A stretch of 64,000 nt of DNA from Strigamia acuminata (taxonomy: Eukaryota), in assembly GCA_949358305.1 (NCBI GenBank), contig OX442314.1, positions 32,736,001-32,800,000 of the forward strand. Reading direction: 5' to 3'. A model generated the notes under the pieces. It worked only from the letters and a program-made list of their open reading frames with translations, was not told where the DNA came from and did not search any database. Positions 1-10,300 of this stretch are shown piece by piece. Position 1 is the stretch's first letter; each line of letters opens with the position of its first letter. The position numbers and the translations under genes are program-made.

Positions 1-1033
1 AAAAATTAGAAAATTTTCGTCGCGATTCGTTTTTTGATATTTCCTATGTTAAATAAGTTTAATTTAATGCACCAAACACGACAGAAATAGATTTAGCAAA
101 GTCAATATGCAAGTTCGATCGACAGGTCGACAGATCAAGTGGTATAAATAAATTGATCGCTATTACACCGTTTTCGTAATAAAACGGCACAAACATCGTT
201 ATTTTTTAGACTCGAAATATCGTCTATCTATCGACGCCAACCGTTAAACACATCGCCGTTTCCATCGCATCTACTACGCCATCGTATACTTCTCAACAAC
301 CCCATTAGATCGGAAATCAAAATCTGTACAACGCTGAATTTTTAAAAGCTTTTATTTGAAATTGACATTAAATTGACATAGTTCAAAGAGAGAAAATGCA
401 AAAATACGGCGTAATTTTGACAAACCGGAGTGTCAGCTGGCGGATTCCGTTTGCTATAATAATTGATTTCAGCCAACTACTGACAGTTAGTAATTTTGCG
501 CATAAAAATTCAATTTGGGGACGTAAATGTGCAAATTTCATCATAAAATTCCATTATTATGCCTAGAATTATGCCTAAAATTCAATTTCAAAATATGAAT
601 TGGTGTCAAGAAACTCCAGCTTAAGTTAACCTAATAAACCTAATTTCCCTATATATAAACATCTAAATTGAACAAACCTATTTAAAAAATCTAATCTAAA
701 AATAGAGTAAAAATAAAATAATTTTTCGCTCCATCGACCACCCATATTCTTCTTCCTCTATGTCTTCGTCGGTCGACTGCTTCTTCAGAGTTTGGTGAAG
801 CTAAAGCTAAGGTTTTTGTATGTTTTTATTGTGTGAGAGTGATTTAAATGCGTGGGTTGTACCCCGCAGGAAGGCACACTAAGGCCCTCCCTTAATGCAA
901 AGGTAATGTTTTGCCATATGCATGTCCATGTTGTTTGTATTGTGTAAAGCCCTAATATGATCTCAAATATTAGTTTGTGTGTGTATTTGTCTGCGTTGCT
1001 TTTATTGGAATTTGTTTGAGTTAGTAATTCACT

Positions 1034-1646
1034 TGTGGTGACCACGAGGTCACAAAAGTGTTTTAATAATTTATAATTCAATAAATAATGATTTTAGTAT
1101 TCATAATAAAATATTGTCAGATCATTACGGAAAAACTAGCTATACTAGTTTTACCGTTTCTGCGGGACGGACGTGACAACGTCATGAATTTGCATAATTC
1201 TCCGAATTTAGGCAAATACGTCATTTCCGGTCCAGCCAGTATTTAAACCCGTGTCTGACCGGAAACCCCCCACTTTATAGATACCAGAGCAACATTAGCA
1301 TCACCACCTCACCTTTCAGGCCGAACACCACGGATTGATAGAGGATCGATGCCCGTTGCCAAATTCATCTATAAACCACAGTCACAGATATTTATCGTAG
1401 CAATACTACGATAGTAATATCTACCGAAGCGAAGCGTTTGCGAACACGTGTTTCGCCAGACGCCATTACCCTAGACAACAGAAGCCACGTGTAAGACTGC
1501 CGTGCAGCAACAAATCGTATCCGCCGACAAGGATCCGAGACCACAACATTGTTAAGTATATTTGTATTATATTACAAGTGTGAAATAAAAGGTTATTATT
1601 GTAAGATATTGTGTTAAGTTTATTTACCGGAACCAAGGTTACGACA
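1034..1646 (+). repeat. 5' LTR of outer element (613 bp)
   Basis: TGTGGTGACC...GGTTACGACA, imperfect terminal inverted repeat; no difference seen from 25753-26365; TATA-like TATTTAAA near 1240 and AATAAA near 1584. Confidence 0.97.
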
Positions 1647-1648
1647 CG

Positions 1649-1666
1649 TGGGGGCCTGTCCGGGAT
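1649..1666 (+). promoter_or_regulatory. Primer binding site, tRNA-Pro type
   Basis: TGGGGGCCTGTCCGGGAT 2 nt after the LTR; 16/18 to the classical tRNA-Pro PBS TGGGGGCTCGTCCGGGAT. Confidence 0.85.
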
Positions 1667-1732
1667 AGTTTTGAACTTTCAAACTATTTTAAATAAACAT
1701 ATCTTACGGTTTGAACTTTGCAAACTATCGAA

Positions 1733-2816
1733 ATGACGAAAAGCGGGAAAAATCGAAACCCTTCAACCGCAAGCGCCCGAAGAAAAGCCATGGAATCCGC
1801 CAAGGCAAGGGCCGAAGCATTAGCTAGTCCAGCGTTAGAAAAGCAGCCACCGGAGCCGACGAGGGAAAAGACGACTGGAAAGACACCAGTCAACGAAAAC
1901 CACGCGGAAAAACCACCCGAGAATGTGCCGACCGGAAAAACGCCGGCTAGTAAAGTACCCGCTAGCAAAAACCCAACCAATAAAACGCCGATAAATCAGC
2001 GAATCGAAGAAGAAGTCGAAGAAGAGGAGGAAGAATCCGGACAAAGTCAGAACGGGTATAACCTATTCGACAATCGGGATAATCGCCAGAGTAATCGTGT
2101 CACGATCACACACGGTTATAATTCGAAGAAATCCCAGATCGATAGCTGTAAAGAAGCGTACGAACTCGCTCGACTGGAGGGAATCCCTTACAACGAAGAA
2201 GGGGACCCGCTAGCACAGATGAACATGATCATTCGTCTTGCCAAAGAGCGAGCGGAAAAACGAGCCCTTAGAAGAGGTCGAAAAAACGTAAAACGTCAAA
2301 AAACGAATAACCAAACGACGGACTCCTATGATTCCACCCGAACATCCGACGCCGACGACGAAAGCGAGGCCGATTCCCTCAGCTCGAAAGGAATCAACGT
2401 TCAAGGATGGGATAGTATAGTGGACGAGCCAGTCGAAATCCAGAACGAATTCCTGGAAGCCTTCCAGCAGGACCGTCGAAATAATAAGGGTCAACAGTCG
2501 TGGGCAATCGCCCAATCCTTTGCTACGAGAGCTGGCCACACCAGTCAAACCCCAAAGGATCCTAACGCAGAGATGATTAGACTGATAAATCAGCGAAACC
2601 ACCTCAGAAATCAGCAAGGACGGAACAGGTTGGCAATGCCAAGCCTCGAAGATATCCAGACGGTACAAGCCAACGTCGAAGCAGCAAACGAGGCGGAAAG
2701 AATTAAAATACAAGCCGCCAACGAAGTCGACCGAGAAGCCGCAAGACTAAAGACACAACTTTACGGCGGGAGAGGGTCGACCATTTTGATCGGACAGAAG
2801 AACGGGGTCCTAAATG
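1733..2816 (+). pseudogene. gag: N-terminal part of outer gag, interrupted by inner element
   Basis: ORF from ATG 1733 runs to the insertion point; removing the insert and one AATG TSD rejoins it in frame with 16754-18210. Confidence 0.9.
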
Positions 2817-4406
2817 TGTGACGGTTACACTGTCATGCACTTTGTTAGTATAGGACGATTACTTCACCAATAGATGGCGCTAATGCGTTTTAGCGGTAAA
2901 TTCAAATTTCGACAATTTTTGAGTGAATAAAATATAAATTACTATTTATATTTTATTCCACTGCAACTTTAGACACTTTTAAATACTTTTGGATGTTTAA
3001 AAACTAGTTGATTTATTTGTCACATAATTCTATTGAATTATGTGCAAACTCTACACCTGGTGAAGTCACCCCCCATCACCCACTGTGAGTTGGACTCCTT
3101 TTGGATTATAGTCAAAGGGACTTAATCCAAAATGTGTCCTGCGTATCCAGTTCCTGTAGTGGACCTAGTAGAAGACTATGTCCTGAGTATCCACTTCCTA
3201 TGATCTGGGATTGGATGGATTTGACTGCCCAGTGATCCCATTGGATCACTGAACAGCTATTCTCCTCACCGAGTATATATCCCCCTGCAAAACGGATATA
3301 GCTCGCTCTTGTTCTGTTTTTGTTTGATACTGATATTACTTGAGCACATATTATACTTCTCTGCGTTCCGACAATCCGTTGTAGAAATACTTTGTATTTA
3401 GTGTAAGTATCTAGAGTGGGTAGAAGACTCACAGACACACTGCCCGCCTCTTCATGCCAACATTCCGTTGTAGAAATGTTGTAACTAGAGTGAGTAATTC
3501 ACAGACACATTTAAGTGTAGTATCTAGAGTGGGGTACAACCCACAGACGCACTCCCTCCAGCTTCATGCCAACATTCCGTTGTAGAGTGCAGAATCTAGA
3601 GTGGAGTAAAATTCACAGACGCATTGGTAATGTAGAATCTAGAGTGGAGTATTTATATTTCACAGACGCATTATCAGAGTAATCGACGCGGAGTAATTTC
3701 CCGGTTACTCTCCCGCCAGCCAGGACCGAGTGGAGTAATTTCCCGGCGATGGATAACCTTTCCTGCGAGATATTTCGATTCAATTCGTTATTGGTTTGAC
3801 GGAACATTTAAGTCTAACTTAGATGTTGATTGCACTCGGGGCAAAAAATAGCTCGGCGCTATTTTAATATATTTTACTTATTTTCATAGTTTTAGTTAAG
3901 TTTGTGACTCTAAAATATCATGATTAATTCCATAGAATTAATATGAATATTTATTCTCACATTGTTACATCTCGCGGTAATTATTGATTACAACAATTAT
4001 CTGCGATGCGATGTGTGTGACGATACAGAAAAGTCAACCGCACCTCTCGGATATAACCCACCCAGCCTAACCATTTACACGCCTTTTAGAACCAAACCCC
4101 GGACCATTTAGAAGCCAAAGCCATTCATAGATGACATCTTTTACGTCACAGCAATAAGACCGTTACAAATTCTTATTGCATGACTGAAGCCTTCAAATGA
4201 TATTATTTCAGGGCTTTTGCCAAACAACTGTATAGTTTAACTTCTCGTCATTTTAGCCACTTGTAGGCATAGTATTTATATAAGGTTCAAACCGGAATAA
4301 ATGTTATATGTTTTGAGAAAACATCAGGTTTGCATATTTTACATTTTCACACGGATAGTTCACACTTTAGTTTAGCAATTGCTATCTCCAGAAGGTAATC
4401 GTCACA
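2817..4406 (+). repeat. 5' LTR of inner element (1590 bp)
   Basis: TGTGACGGTTAC...GTAATCGTCACA (11/12 terminal inverted repeat); one mismatch noticed versus the 3' LTR (A2882 vs G15225). Confidence 0.97.
3365..3750 (+). repeat. Degenerate tandem repeat block inside inner LTR (second copy about 15708-16093)
   Basis: About five CTAGAGTG...CACAGAC units, two TTCATGCCAACATTCCGTTGTAGA, two GGAGTAATTTCCCGG. Confidence 0.85.
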
Positions 4407-4408
4407 CG

Positions 4409-4426
4409 TGGAGGTTCTACCGAGAT
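4409..4426 (+). promoter_or_regulatory. Primer binding site, tRNA-Gln type
   Basis: TGGAGGTTCTACCGAGAT 2 nt after the LTR; 17/18 to the tRNA-Gln PBS TGGAGGTTCCACCGAGAT. Confidence 0.85.
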
Positions 4427-5285
4427 AGGTTGCATTTTATCGAAGTGAACTCTGTGATCAAAGTGTAAAATTGAAAAATGAATTTTCTTGATTATTTTAT
4501 ATAGATATTATAATTAGAAAATTTCCGATTTTTCTCTATAAATTTACTGTGAAATATCCATTTGTTTTCAAAAAATTCTCATTATCTTTTGGAAATATCT
4601 GAATTCGAATTTTTGGATTATTTTGAAAAAAACTCATTATAATTCCGAATCTCTTACGAAAAATCTATTATGATTTTATTGAGTTTCCCAGAATATTCAG
4701 CTATATTCTGGAAAATTTCGAAACCTTGAATTTTGTTCAAAAAACGAATTTGACTAGAAATCCTGCTGACTGAAAAATAAAAAGTTAAAGTATTTTATTT
4801 TGCTGGTTAAAAACTTGACCAAGTTTCTAGTGTTCTGTTTTCAATGTTTTTGATTATTATTTTAATCTTTAACAAAGTAAAGAATGTGACAAAGAGAACC
4901 ACTCACGATGCAGCTCGGAGTAGGTCATCCAGATGTGACATTGTTGAGAATTTCGGATTAGAAATTATCAGGAATTTGTCAACATCGCCAATCACAGCAG
5001 ACTGTCTTGACAAAGGAGATTTTCCGGAAGCTAGTTTGACAACCAATATTCAGCCACACTTGCTTTTCGACAGTGCGACCATCCAGTTGTGCCTTTGTGA
5101 CCAGTGCCCGTTTGGACCATTCTTGACCACGCAATAGGACAGTTTTTCCGAAGCCACTTCAGTTTCAGCAGCTAAGGTTGTATTTTTTCAAATTATTTCT
5201 TAGTATAATATTAAGCGTGTTACATTTACGCTAGTTCAGTTAAAATCTTATTTTTTCTTGTTGTACGTGTATTTCTTTGAGTATT

Positions 5286-7334
5286 ATGGCCCGTAGACCT
5301 GTAAGAGTTCGTGGAACACGAGGAAATCGTGGAGCACGACGACGTGGTGGTATGTGTGAAACACCAAGAGGAATTGTGGAGTCTGATCTAGAAAGCCAGG
5401 GGGAAGAAAATGTTCCTAGAGACGTTTCCAACCCAGGTAGTTCTCGAACGGATCCACTATCAGTCCCACATGATTTAGAAGTTTACTGTCGCCATTACCA
5501 ATTGGAAGTGACGCAGTTTTCCTCTTTGTGTGAAGCTCAACAATACACGGCGAATAATCATCACGAGAGAAATCGTGTAATTACTCCCGATGTAGTTGTA
5601 ACCAACGAACAAAGTGTTTCTGTAGATCGAACTGGCCCTCGTTCGCCGGCCACATATCGCTACCAGCAATTGCCTGGATGGCGAATGAATGTTGCTCGTG
5701 ACGACAATGGGCAGTTAAATTCTTCACTATCTGTTCAACCTTTGATTCAGTTACCAACTAGTTCTTGGCGATCGAATTCGGCCGAAAGAATGGGAAATTC
5801 CGGACAAGGAAATATTTCTGCGCCAATTTCCCGAAATTTACCAAGTGCGACGGCTGTAAATAATATTTTACCCGCTCCCACTGGGAATTTGAATGATTCT
5901 TTCAGAGTTCCACAGCCTCGAACTAATCTGTCGGTCCAACCAAGGGGGAGAAATGAAAATTATCAAAATTTTCAATCTCACACCCAATCTGATGGAGATT
6001 TTAGGAATTATAGAAATTCCCGCTCTCAAGGTGGACGAGCTCCGCCGAGAAATCAACGATTTCCCGGAGCTCCTGGTGATCCTCGTGACTCCGATCCTAA
6101 CTCGAGTAGTGACGAATCTCACGCTGGTGGAGGGGGAAATTATAACAATAATTTCCACCGACGTAATAATTCTCGTTCTCCTCCGCCACCTGATAGACGC
6201 CAAAATTTTCGAGGAGAGCCAAATCCGCCACCCAGAGACCAAGAAAGTCGGTCTACACCCAATTCGAACTCTGCTTCTAATTTGTCGGACGAAAATGTAA
6301 AACAAATTATTCAGGGTTTAGTTGGTCAAATCCGAAGCCCGAGTAATCCCAGTCAGAATTTTGGAAAAGGAATCGAGATTCCTATTTTTGACGGGAAACA
6401 GACAGAGGTTGCGCGATTCCTTGAAATCGTCAAAGCTGTCGCACTCGGGAAAGGCATCCCTTTAGACGACATGGTACACACTGCTGTACCTGGACGACTA
6501 TTAGGCCATGCACAACGTTGGTTCCATAAGCAACGCCATACTTTTAACAGTTGGCGAACTTTCGAAGCCTCTTTTCTCGATTGTTTCGACCTCGTTCCAC
6601 TTACAAGAGAAAGGCGACTTCTTAATGTAAAACAACGAGCCGACGAGTCACTTTATAGTTTTCTTCTGCGTTATACGCAAGAACAAGGTGAAGTGCCGCC
6701 AGGTGATAAAACTGGACGTGCGCAATTATTCGACAATTTAACTCAAGAAAGTTTCACGGCGTTATGTACACAAGGAATGTATGGTAACTTTACAGTAGAT
6801 GACATTCTACAATATGTAGGAGCAAATCGCTCTAAGTTTGAAAGTTCTCAACTTGCAGCAAAATTGGAGTACGATAATCGAGAGAATCATCCTACTCCCA
6901 AACTTCACGAAAAATCTAAGATTTTTCCATCTAAAACTTCACTACGTTTAACGCAAACTCAAGATGAAGTTGAAAATGAAGACGAGTCGGAAAATGACGA
7001 CTCAACTGACGATGGTTCAATGGAGCGATTATTTGCCGCCCAGTATGAAAAGACTACTGGAAAATGCTTTTTCTGTCACGAGCCTGGACATTTTAAAAGA
7101 GAATGTCCCGCCCTTGCCAAAAAATTAGCAGGGAAAACAGACTCGTTAAATTCAAATAAAAGATTTAACCACTCTGCTCCCAACCCCGAGTTTAAACGAC
7201 CCAAACAAAATTGGGTTACGTCAGAAACTTTAGACTCCAAATTTACTGACTTCCAGAAAAACATGGTTGACCTGTTAATTAAGCATTTACCAGCAGCCAC
7301 TGAGTCAGTCACTCCCGACGAGACAAAAAACTGA
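5286..7334 (+). CDS. gag: Gag of inner element (about 682 aa)
   Basis: Long low-complexity N-terminus, capsid-like region (IPIFDGK...LLGHAQRWF...SWRTFEASF...QRADESL), CCHC knuckle CFFCHEPGHFKREC. Confidence 0.93.
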   Translation: MARRPVRVRGTRGNRGARRRGGMCETPRGIVESDLESQGEENVPRDVSNPGSSRTDPLSVPHDLEVYCRHYQLEVTQFSSLCEAQQYTANNHHERNRVITPDVVVTNEQSVSVDRTGPRSPATYRYQQLPGWRMNVARDDNGQLNSSLSVQPLIQLPTSSWRSNSAERMGNSGQGNISAPISRNLPSATAVNNILPAPTGNLNDSFRVPQPRTNLSVQPRGRNENYQNFQSHTQSDGDFRNYRNSRSQGGRAPPRNQRFPGAPGDPRDSDPNSSSDESHAGGGGNYNNNFHRRNNSRSPPPPDRRQNFRGEPNPPPRDQESRSTPNSNSASNLSDENVKQIIQGLVGQIRSPSNPSQNFGKGIEIPIFDGKQTEVARFLEIVKAVALGKGIPLDDMVHTAVPGRLLGHAQRWFHKQRHTFNSWRTFEASFLDCFDLVPLTRERRLLNVKQRADESLYSFLLRYTQEQGEVPPGDKTGRAQLFDNLTQESFTALCTQGMYGNFTVDDILQYVGANRSKFESSQLAAKLEYDNRENHPTPKLHEKSKIFPSKTSLRLTQTQDEVENEDESENDDSTDDGSMERLFAAQYEKTTGKCFFCHEPGHFKRECPALAKKLAGKTDSLNSNKRFNHSAPNPEFKRPKQNWVTSETLDSKFTDFQKNMVDLLIKHLPAATESVTPDETKN

Positions 7335-7365
7335 TTCAGGGGGTTGTTCAAGTTGCCCAACCCCC
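7325..7365 (+). promoter_or_regulatory. -1 ribosomal frameshift signal (inner)
   Basis: A AAA AAC heptamer at 7325-7331 in gag frame just before TGA; stem GGGGGTTG/CAACCCCC at 7339-7365; -1 frame is open into pol. Confidence 0.88.
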
Positions 7366-10300
7366 GCTTAAAGAGTTGTTTCCTTTCTCGGAATTGTCAA
7401 ATGATTTATTTTTACGAAAAGATGAATTTAAATTAAGACATAAGCCTAGTCATCTCACAGTACCTTATGTCGATGATTCGAAGAATAAACCACCATCGTT
7501 GGTCATTTCTTACGAAGCAGTACCTGTCTGTCGAAAGACTAGCAGCTCTACTGGCGGTGTCGATGAAAATTTAAAAGTCATGACAGACCAACTAGAAAAT
7601 TTGAGTATTTTCAGTGGAAGCTGGAATGCACCCAAGAAACCGCTTGTACCCAAGGTTTTCAAGTTAAGAAAACTTCTTAAACTTGAAAAATGGAACAAGA
7701 AAGAACGAAAAGTATTGCTTGGCAAACTTTGCAATAGCAAATTAATTAATGGTGGCAAAGATGATCCGCGTATGAATGTCCAAATTGGAGGTTTGGATTA
7801 CAACGCACTAATGGACTCTGGAGCCACCCAATGTTTTATTGGAGTACAACTCCTCTCAAACACGGAAATTCCGGTGGAATTCATACAAGAATGTCCCCGG
7901 GGAATGCGTGTCTGCGCGGTCGGAATAGATCACCGACCTATCGGTCAAGTTTGTCTTTGTGTCAAATGGGCCGATAAAAGGAGAGTTACACCTATGACCT
8001 TCATAATTCTACACAAGAATGTATGTGGGTTGATTTTGGGTCACAATTTTATGCGTAGAACGGGGATAAACCCTAATCCCCGACGAGCAGTGTTCACCTG
8101 TGATGACATGCCCGGATGGACAGCCCCGTACGAGACCACTGAACTTAACTGTTGCTTAGCAAGCATTAAGACTTTGGGTCTCCAAGGTGAAGGAACTCCC
8201 ACTTCACCGGACTGGGCAGAAAAACTCGTCGAAGGCTGCAACAGTTCGGCGGAAGAAAAACAGTTACTCGTAAACGTTCTTGTACAATTAAAAAACGTAT
8301 TTCGAGACCAACTGGGCTGTACGAAGGTGGCCAAGCACAGCATCAAGTTTAAACCTGGTGCTACTTGGAAACACCAGCCATATAGAATGTACAATCCGGC
8401 CAAGAAGGCGATTATGACGGAATTGGTCGAGGAGTTGGAGGCCGATGGGTTGATCGAACCTGCCACTGGCCCTTATATAAGTCACCCCGTCATAGTGGCT
8501 AAACCCGGCGGGAAGTATCGATTATGTATCGACTACCGCTGGTTGAATGCGATCACAGAAGTTGATGCAATTCAAATGCCAAGTATTGACCTATTAATTC
8601 ACCATACTAATCAGGCCAAGTACTTTACATCCATTGATTTAACTAAAGGTTATCATCAAATGGAAATGGAGGAGGAGGATAAGAGCAAAACTGCTTTTTA
8701 CACCCCAAAAGGCAAATTTCAATTCAAGAGATTGCCATTTGGTCTTTGTAATGCACCTAGTTCTTTTCAACACCTCATGACTACCGTATTGGGTGACTCT
8801 CTATATAAACATGCTCTGGTTTATTTAGACGATATAATTATTTTTTCCGACACATGGGAAAATCATTTATTACATATTAAAGACGTACTTGAGAAGTTGG
8901 ATGCCGCGAATCTAACTATCAATAAAGACAAGTCAAAATTTGGTCGAACATCATTACGATTTTTAGGCCATTTAATTTCGGAGGGATCTCTTCTTCCAGA
9001 CCCTGACAAAGTCTCGGCTGTAAGGAATTTTCCCAAACCGACTTGCTCTAAAGACATTCAAAGATTTGTAGGACTTGCGAATTTTTTCCGAAAATTTATT
9101 CCTAACATCGCAAATATTGCTCGTCCATTGACCAATATTATGCATGATCAAGCAAAGTTTGTGTGGGATGATCCACAAACAACTGCATTCGAAACTATCA
9201 AAGATATTTTGTGTGACAAGGACCAAGCCCTTCTCCACATGCCAGATATGAATAAGCCTTTTGTCATTTTGACAGATGCTTCTCATTCAGGCTTAGGTGC
9301 AGTACTCTGTCAAGACGTAGAATTATTCTGTGAAAAGAAACAGAAATTAATTATGGTCCCGAAAGCAGTCGCGTACGCCAGTCGAGTGTTACACGGGGCC
9401 GAAGTAAGGTATTCTACGCCGGAATTGGAGTGTTTGGCCGTTGTATGGGCAATCGAGAGATTTCGCCCATATATAGAATACACGACTTTCACTCTCGAGT
9501 CCGATGCTAAAGCCCTTAGCTGGTTGATGAGTACGCCGGAACCATCCGGAAGGTTTGGTCGTTGGGCCGTCAAAATACAATGTGGCGCGTTTAAAATTAT
9601 TTTTAGACGCGGCGCAATGAACCAAGTAGCGGACGCATTATCACGCGCTCCACTGTCTGCACTAGACACTCCGGATTATGATTATATCGAACCAGAGGAG
9701 ATCACCCATTTCTATCCAACTTGGAATGGAAACAGGTGTGCATCTTTACAAGTGACGGAAACTGAGCGCAAACATTTTCTTACAAATGTTGGCCTTAGTT
9801 TAGACTTTTTCTCAGAATCATATAATCCAGTTAGATTTCATGATTCTGGAGAAAAGGGGGAGGAAGAAGGATGTACAAGAGAAAATTGCAGACATATAGA
9901 TGTCCACAATTGTAATCACGAAAATGTACACACTGCGCTAACAGATATCCTAAAAGTAGTTCCGCCGACGCGAGACGAAATTATCGAAGCGCAGCTTAAA
10001 GATCCAGCATGTAGTAAAATCCTTGTTTACCTAAAAGGAGACGAAAAATTAAAAAATCGTATCACGGATAAACATTGGTTAAATGCGATTCGTGGCTACA
10101 CTCTCGACGAACCGGAAGAAAATAAAGGTGTTATGCTAATTTATTTTGCTCCGACCGATGAGGAAGAGTTAAACGACTCTGGCAACGGGTTTAAGGCGGT
10201 AATTCCACGCTCTCTCGTGAGACGTGCATTATTCGCATGCCATGGCCACCCACTTACAGGACATGCCGGCATGAGCAAAACCCTAGATAGAGCAAAACAG

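Noticed and set aside
785..1081. 98-aa minus ORF sharing its start with 25570-25800
   Set aside because: Both begin inside the outer LTR and run into unrelated sequence; chimeric
3365..3750. CRISPR-like repeat/spacer look in the inner LTR
   Set aside because: Units vary in length, the spacers are themselves repeated, no cas genes, and the context is a eukaryotic LTR
3112..3807. Duplicated minus-strand ORFs (108 and 64 aa, repeated at 15455 and 15956)
   Set aside because: Duplication reflects LTR identity; non-ATG start or short length, no motifs
2817..4406. Hammerhead ribozyme in LTRs
   Set aside because: No CTGANGA...GAAA core with flanking stems found by eye
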